A stretch of DNA of 63,369 bases, filler included, from Stramenopiles sp. TOSAG23-2 (Eukaryota), in the NCBI GenBank assembly GCA_900128395.1. It is 30 parts of 30 records of this genome, joined end to end, with 100 filler letters (N's around TTAATTAATTAA, not from the genome) between each part and the next. Parts side by side here need not be neighbours in the genome. Positions count along the whole stretch, not along the records: positions 55,951 to 59,612 come from LT651138.1; positions 59,713 to 63,369 come from LT651139.1; 28 more parts are not named here. One strand, 5' to 3'. The position numbers and the translations under genes are program-made. This document shows, piece after piece, positions 56,994-63,369 of the stretch. The notes under the pieces are model-generated. The model was not told the DNA's origin. It saw only the letters and a list, made by a program, of their open reading frames with translations, and ran no database searches. Position 1 is the stretch's first letter; every line of letters starts with the position of its first letter.

Positions 56994-58745
56994 TTACTGC
57001 TTCTCAAAAATTGGACGATGACATAAAAAGGAAAATGCATTTGCACTTTCACCATACGTTCTTGCACCAGCCATTGGCATACTCATTCGATATGTTGGTA
57101 ATGTTGCTGTATCTGTTGGCAATTTATTTTTAGTTTGCATTCGTCTTAAAATTTTATCAGCTGCATATGATTTTGAATATGCAGGACGTTCCAATTCTGG
57201 GTAAAAATTATTATCTCCAGGTTTTGCTAACCATCTACTTTTACCAATAAACGGATCAACATCTTCTTCCATTTTTTCTTCTGGTGGTAAACCTCTACCA
57301 TCACGTTTGATTTTATGTTCTTCATCTTCCAATGCTCTTTCTGCTACGGATATTGGCGCTGGCATGGTTCCCATATGTGGATACCATCCATCTTCAATTT
57401 GTTTACCAGCAGAATTTTCTATCCTAGGCATCCCAGTAGCTGTCCATGGTGTTTGCCTACCATCATCAAAATATGAATTGTTACCATCTTCAATTTGTTT
57501 ACCAGCAGAATTTTCTATCCTAGGCATCCCAGTAGCTGTCCATGGTGTTTGCCTACCATCATCAAAATATGAATTGTTAAATCCTGCTATGGTACTTGGT
57601 GCTATCATCATCTCACCGCCATTGGAACTTGTAATGGAACCACGTGACATTCCTAATAATGCACTTTTTCCACTTTGTGATAATGATTGCCTTCTACTAC
57701 CAATTGAACCACTTCGACTTCGTAACAATTGCGTTTGTGATTGTTGCCTATCTTCCTCTATTATCATCCCTCGCATATTATTATACATCCATGCACGTGA
57801 TTTCATATTCAAAGGTCCTTTTGGTAATTTGCTTCGACTTGCAAGTTTTATTTCCTCTGCTATTTCTTTTTTACTACTAGTCGGGGAAGATATTGGTGAA
57901 GATAATGCTAATGAACCATCGTTTGACATCGTCGGTTTTCGAAACCCTGTATCTGTAAGAATACCAGTTTTATCATCCATAACAATTGGGGCAAAGCGAC
58001 CACGTGGTGTTTTCATTACAGCAGGTGTATATGCCCTTGGTCCAAGTCCAGGTGTTTTGATTCGTTTGGAGCTCATAGTACTTGCTGCTGTACCTGTACG
58101 TAATTTTCCTGCCATCGTTGTTGGTGCTGATGCAGGAACAAGACTTTTTGGATCAAATTGCAATGTTTTCCATGGTTTTTTCCCTGCATTGACATTTGGA
58201 GTTTTACTACCACCTCCTGCCATTAATCCTTGTGTAGATGCAGCACGGCTTAAATTTCTATTCTTATTTCTATTCTTATTATTTCCTAATAAATCATTAT
58301 TATTATTTATAAAATTTCCATCATCATCAAATTCTTCCTCTTGAAAACTTGCATTTGTAATACCTGATAATGATGCTTGAAACAATGCACTTGCTTCCAT
58401 AGGCGTATTTGCAATTTGTTTCAATGTTTTTTGTAAATAGGTAGCCATATCTGCACCACTTACTAAATCATAATCTTGCAATATCCTCATAATACGATCA
58501 GCTGCATCGGCTCTTTCCTCCATCACTTTTGATATACGATACCGTCGTGCTTTCAAATCTTTATCTTTCGACTCGCCTATTACTCTAATTTCACGAGTAA
58601 TTTCTGCTTTCTGTTCTTTTTCTAATATTGCTAATAAATGTTCAAATCTTGAAATTTCTTGCTCGGAACTTTTTGTTTGTTGTTTTACCCATAATCCTTC
58701 TTGTTTTAATGCATGTGCGACAGATTTGCTTTGGCCATCTGCCAT
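56994..58745 (-). CDS. Hypothetical protein, coiled-coil N-terminus and disordered C-terminus; frame stays open upstream to about 58933
   Basis: 583-aa ORF with an exact 32-aa duplication. Confidence 0.75.
   Translation of the reverse strand: MADGQSKSVAHALKQEGLWVKQQTKSSEQEISRFEHLLAILEKEQKAEITREIRVIGESKDKDLKARRYRISKVMEERADAADRIMRILQDYDLVSGADMATYLQKTLKQIANTPMEASALFQASLSGITNASFQEEEFDDDGNFINNNNDLLGNNKNRNKNRNLSRAASTQGLMAGGGSKTPNVNAGKKPWKTLQFDPKSLVPASAPTTMAGKLRTGTAASTMSSKRIKTPGLGPRAYTPAVMKTPRGRFAPIVMDDKTGILTDTGFRKPTMSNDGSLALSSPISSPTSSKKEIAEEIKLASRSKLPKGPLNMKSRAWMYNNMRGMIIEEDRQQSQTQLLRSRSGSIGSRRQSLSQSGKSALLGMSRGSITSSNGGEMMIAPSTIAGFNNSYFDDGRQTPWTATGMPRIENSAGKQIEDGNNSYFDDGRQTPWTATGMPRIENSAGKQIEDGWYPHMGTMPAPISVAERALEDEEHKIKRDGRGLPPEEKMEEDVDPFIGKSRWLAKPGDNNFYPELERPAYSKSYAADKILRRMQTKNKLPTDTATLPTYRMSMPMAGARTYGESANAFSFLCHRPIFEKQ
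57388..57579. repeat. Exact 96-bp tandem duplication
   Basis: CCATCTTCAATTTG starts at 57388 and 57484. Confidence 0.95.
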
Positions 58746-58863
58746 TCTATTTTTTTCTTTTTCAATTGCAATAGCTTCATCATTTGCTGCATTTGCAATA
58801 AAATTGCCTGCCGTACGATCAAATGCATAACGTTGATTATCAGCATGAGCATAATGTATTCGT

Positions 58864-59079
58864 TTAGAAACTAATTCTTCCGCACGCTTATCTTCCTTCC
58901 GTCGTTGAGCATGTTCTTTATTGAAATTTATATATTAATATTTAACGTCTCTCTCTAATAATATATTAAGGTTAGAAACTAATTCTTCCGCACGCTTATC
59001 TTCCTTCCGTCGTTGAGCATGTTCTTTATTGAAATTTATATATTAATATTTAACGTCTCTCTCTAATAATATATTAAGG
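58864..59079. repeat. Exact 108-bp tandem duplication
   Basis: TTAGAAACTAATTC starts at 58864 and 58972. Confidence 0.95.
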
Positions 59080-60074
59080 TATTTATTATAATTTAAGAAA
59101 TTGATTAAGGTATTTGAAAAAGAAATTTTTTTGTATGAAGAGACCAGGTTGACCGTACTGGCGTAGACACCACATGCATTTTATTATTTTTTTCACTTTT
59201 GTCTCTCTCTCTCTCTCTCTTTATCACATTTATTAACAGGTAAACAGCACAAGGAACTATTATATACCAGGATGAAGAAAAAGAAGGATGTTTATGTTAA
59301 AATCATTTTAATTTGCACCAGCACCTTGTGTGATGCCAGCTGCATGATGCTGTGTGTATAAGCAACCAACAATATTTAATATTATAGAAGCTGTATACTA
59401 GTGTTATTAGTATAGTAGCAATAATAATAATATTATTATTATATAATTTAGAAAACACACCAATTAATACGTAATACACGACTAAAAATAAAAAAAAAAC
59501 ATAAAACAGAAAGTAAGATGGAAAAAAGAAGCAAACCTTGTCATTTATATATATTAAAGAACAACAGAAAAACAAGTTTGATAATAATAAAAATAATTAA
59601 AAGGAACATTAGNNNNNNNNNNNNNNNNNNNNNNNNNNNNNNNNNNNNNNNNNNNNTTAATTAATTAANNNNNNNNNNNNNNNNNNNNNNNNNNNNNNNN
59701 NNNNNNNNNNNNAGGGTAAAAAGGCCAGTGATCCGATTAGAGGCCGAGTGAAGCCATGAAAAAATAGATGAAAAAAATAGATGAAAAATAGATGAAAAAT
59801 TTGATAAATTTTTTGTAAATTTTGTTTTAAAAAAAAGGGCTTATTTCAGCCATAGTGGAGAGAGATCTGGATGTTTCATCTACCTATATAAATCCGGAAT
59901 TTGAGAAAAAAAAATAAAATAAAAAATAAAATAAAAAAAAAAATTAAAATTGAATTTCTATTTGTGCATTTCAACAAAATATAAAAGTGTGGTGAATGTG
60001 TTCGAAACAGAACAAGTACTGTATAGTAGTAACAATCCCTTTTTTCCATTCATTCCAATAGTTTCCCCATAAAT

Positions 60075-61296
60075 ATGACGGATTTATTAGTGCCAATATC
60101 ATTAACAAGAGGAAATTCAATTATTACAGATAGCAAAACTGTGCAAAAATTTGTATTTACTGGTGGACCGTGTGGTGGTAAAACAACAAGTCTGGAACGT
60201 GTACGTGCATTTTTAGGCCAATATGGGATACGCGTTTATGTAGTACCAGAAGCTGCTACGATGATGTGGACGAATGGCATTGCACCAACCGATATGAAAA
60301 ATGGAGATGATTGGGTCAATTTTCAAGCAACTTTAATGCGATTGCAGTTTCATTTGGAAGATTTATTTTATACCATGGCGGAGAAAACTGGTAAGAAATC
60401 TGTTATTTTATGTGATCGTGGTGCAATGGATGGCAAAGCATATGTGGATGATGAGACATGGGAAAAAATCATGGATACGAATGGTGTACAGCAAATGGAT
60501 ATCTGCGATTCAAGATATAATGCTGTTTTTCATTTAGTTACCGCTGCAAAAGGTGCGGAAAAGAATTATTCCAACGAGACAAATTCAACACGTAGGGAAA
60601 GTGCAGAGGAAGCACGTGTATTGGATCAAAATATTTTAAAAGCATGGATGTCGCATCCAAAACAAATTGTGTTTGGCAATACCAATACAACTTTTGAGCA
60701 AAAAAATGTCAAAGTTGATTTTACGTATATGTGATTTTTGTGGGTTGCCATCTACTAGACGAAAAGCTAGGAAATTTTTATTAAATAGTAATTCATCGGA
60801 TAATATACCAGACGATGTTCATCGTAAAGTATTTGAAATAGAAAAAGTATATCCAATGCAAGCATCGGAAAATGATAAGCAAGGATATACATTTGTTCGT
60901 AAACGTACAAAATTACGAATGGATCGTGATACGGAACAACAAGTAGTTGCACAAAATAGTTATGGATTTACTCGTGTACGTATTGAAGAAACGACTGGGG
61001 AGAAAATCGAAGTGAAACGTATTTTAACTGGTAGGGAATATTCACAATTTTGTGAAAACAAAGATCCAACTCGTTATGTTGTTATACAACATCGTATATC
61101 ATTTATTTACAAAGAAAGTACTTGTTATATTTGTAAATATTTATCACCAGAAACAGTGAAAGGATTGGAAATATTATATGTACAATCTTCTCATGGAACG
61201 GATTCAGATGAATTGCATTTACCGGAATGGATTGATGTGAATAAAGAAATAACTGGTGAAATGGAATATTCCAGTTATAAAATAAGTTTGAAATGA
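60075..61296 (+). CDS. Ttd14-like P-loop NTPase (NadR/AAA_28 type) with C-terminal CYTH-like domain; single frameshift at the A7 run 60700-60706
   Basis: FVFTGGPCGGKT, VVPEAAT, ILCDRGAMD, RYNAVFHLVTAAKGAE; second frame ARKFLL...LPEWIDVNKEITGEMEYSSYKIS. Confidence 0.85.
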
Positions 61297-61588
61297 AGGT
61301 ATATAATTTATATATATATATATATATATATATTTAAATCGGTGTGTGTGTGTGTGTGAGAGAGAGAGAGTATAAGAAGAGAAGAGGAAGAGAGATGCTT
61401 GTACCGACTTCGTATTTTACTGAAGCCGCGTGTATAAAATATTTCATGATCAAAGTATCAAACCTATATCTGTTGAATTAAAAAAATTTTTACAACAAGA
61501 GACTTTTTAAAAAAAATATTATAAAATGTTCTTTTATATATATATAATACACACACACGGTGACACGACGATATTTAACATTCTCTCC

Positions 61589-62362
61589 TCACAACTGACT
61601 ATTTTCCTTATATGTTGATGGTGCTGCATGGACATCAATTGGTGTATCACGCAATTTACTATCCAACATAATATCATTGACAATACGTAAGGTTAAGCCC
61701 CACAATTTAAAACGTTCTTTTGCTTGTTCCATTGTTAAATGTTTCTGATCCACAACAAGTAAATCATCTTTATTTTGAAAAATTAATTGTACAGATGGGA
61801 AATTATCCCACATACTTGACATAGAAGTATTATTATTATCTTCATTTGTATTATTCCTAAATTTTGACCAATTCAATGGTCCGGCATATTTATCATCTGT
61901 CAAGACAGTCATTGGTGTCCATCCACAAGCACCTACTTCGGAAACTTGTCCAGATGGTATTTCATTTTCTAACATTTCATATAAGTGGCAACATACTACT
62001 AATGATTCATTTACATTTCTTTGTACTACGCGTGGTCTTGTTTCACCTATAAATCGACTAGATTTTTTTAAATGAAAATTAACTTCTTCTTCACATTCCC
62101 TACAGACGGCATCAGTATCCGTTTCTCCATCTTCCACATGTCCACCAGGAAAACCAACTTGTCCACTCCAACGACTACCATTTGGATCAGATGCTCTTAA
62201 TATGAAAAACATGTCTAATGGTGCCTTTTCATGTTTCACCTTTGGTTTCCTAACAATACATGCAACTACAGAACGACGTGTACCTTTAATCCGTTTTGGT
62301 CTTATTTTCACGGAACGTTCTAATGCTTGTAATTGTTTATTATATAGATGATCATTGTCCAT
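61589..62362 (-). CDS. Nudix hydrolase, CoA-pyrophosphatase (NUDT7/NUDT8/PCD1)-like
   Basis: ILRA...WSGQVGFPGGHVEDGETDTDAVCRECEEEV Nudix box; LWGLT. Confidence 0.88.
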   Translation of the reverse strand: MDNDHLYNKQLQALERSVKIRPKRIKGTRRSVVACIVRKPKVKHEKAPLDMFFILRASDPNGSRWSGQVGFPGGHVEDGETDTDAVCRECEEEVNFHLKKSSRFIGETRPRVVQRNVNESLVVCCHLYEMLENEIPSGQVSEVGACGWTPMTVLTDDKYAGPLNWSKFRNNTNEDNNNTSMSSMWDNFPSVQLIFQNKDDLLVVDQKHLTMEQAKERFKLWGLTLRIVNDIMLDSKLRDTPIDVHAAPSTYKENSQL

Positions 62363-63369
62363 TGTATTAAATATTATATATTTACAATTATTTACTTTTA
62401 AACTTGTATTTTTTTTTTTTGTTGTACGACAATATATTATTTACTTAACAAGTCAACAAAAATAACTGGTATTCTTTTTGTTCCACGACAATATATGTTA
62501 TCGTAGTCTATACATACACACTTCGCCTTCTTCTATTTATAAACACTTTCTACTACTACTAAGTATATATAGTCTATACTTTCACTTTAATACTTACAAT
62601 ACTTTCTAACTTCATATTATTAAATTCAAAGTTGGCCAGTTGGATTGACATTTTTTTGTGAGAAGATTTTTTGAGGCAGAGATTTGAGATTTCCAGGGAT
62701 TTCCAGGGATTTTGCCATCAGTCGTTTAATGTGTCAAAAGACGTTTAAAAACAATGCTATTCAGTGCTATTTTAACATAGTATACTTGATAGACTATAAA
62801 TTTTGATTGGAAAGTATGAAATGAGGTTAAAAATCAACGCATTTTTGCGGAAATATTATAGGAGAAATTGCTTGAAAATGTGAAAATGGAAATCACTAAA
62901 ATACCTTTCAAAATATCGTAAAGTATACTTAAACGGGTAATCAGAATACTACTAATTATAAAAATTAAAATAGCACTGCATAGCATCTTGTCTTCCTCCA
63001 CAGGATTTGTTGTGCGATTTTTTTTGCACTTTTCATCTTTTCACTTCTTCTTTAAAGCCCGTGGGATTCCATAGTCCTACGGCTTAAGGCAGGCACATGT
63101 TTGCTTAAAAGTTAAAATAACAGGAGAATAGCATTGTTTTTTTGACCGAAATATTTGATGAAAACCGATAATTTTGAGCTAAATGCATAAATCTCACATT
63201 TTTCAACATGGACACAGCATGGGCTGTACGGAAACCCGTACAGGATAAATGCAAAAAAATCTATTGATATAAATGTCTAATTTTATCGGAGATTTTACAC
63301 TCATAAATACACGCTAATGATATTCCCCTATTGTTTATTAGCCCTTTTTTACCTTTTTTTTTTCTTTTT

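Noticed and set aside
59713-59760. U2- or U5-like words (CTCGGCCT, GCCTTTTTAC) on the minus strand
   Set aside because: Matches are only 8-10 nt, with no branch-pairing region, Sm site or correct stem context.
62685-62713. GATTTCCAGG tandem repeat as an element terminus
   Set aside because: About 2.5 copies with no partner inverted repeat seen; fits the general short-duplication background.
1-63369. Gene-neighbourhood or operon-like system across the window
   Set aside because: Contigs are unlinked and size-sorted; only within-contig adjacency is meaningful.

Overview
This is not a contiguous locus. It is a concatenation of 30 unlinked small contigs (19 of about 1.06 kb, then 11 of about 3.66-3.68 kb, each set in decreasing length) joined by a 100-nt artificial spacer (N-run, TTAATTAATTAA, N-run), so adjacency across spacers means nothing. 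The DNA is from an AT-rich, intron-poor eukaryote using the standard code, with Asn-rich proteins and GTAAGT...CTAAC/CTAAT...AG introns. Gene content suggests a flagellated phagotroph (ARL6/BBS3-like GTPase, SF-assemblin-like protein, GCP5, cathepsin D-like protease, sulfatase). A heterotrophic stramenopile from a single-cell or metagenome assembly is my inference, not something the sequence proves. Recognisable genes include RPL5, SURF6, PHAF1, GCP5, an AKTIP-like UEV, an NSDHL-like SDR, an arylsulfatase, an ABRA/Costars protein, a NudC-like CS protein, a Ttd14-like NTPase, a Nudix hydrolase and several ankyrin/TPR proteins. Main observations: (1) two near-identical contigs differ almost only in a ~150-bp patch of 1-4-nt duplication-type indels in a divergent promoter, and similar stuttered, palindrome-rich patches lie upstream of many genes; (2) an unannotated GCR1_C-like, Crypton-type ORF end is followed by a perfect 15-bp GAA-loop hairpin; (3) a dispersed foldback/MITE-like element, one copy abutting an orphan gene fragment; (4) shared sequence elements just downstream of stop codons of unrelated genes; (5) an expanded ankyrin family. 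Several exact ~100-130-bp duplications may be assembly or amplification artefacts. All family assignments are by motif recognition; no searches were run.
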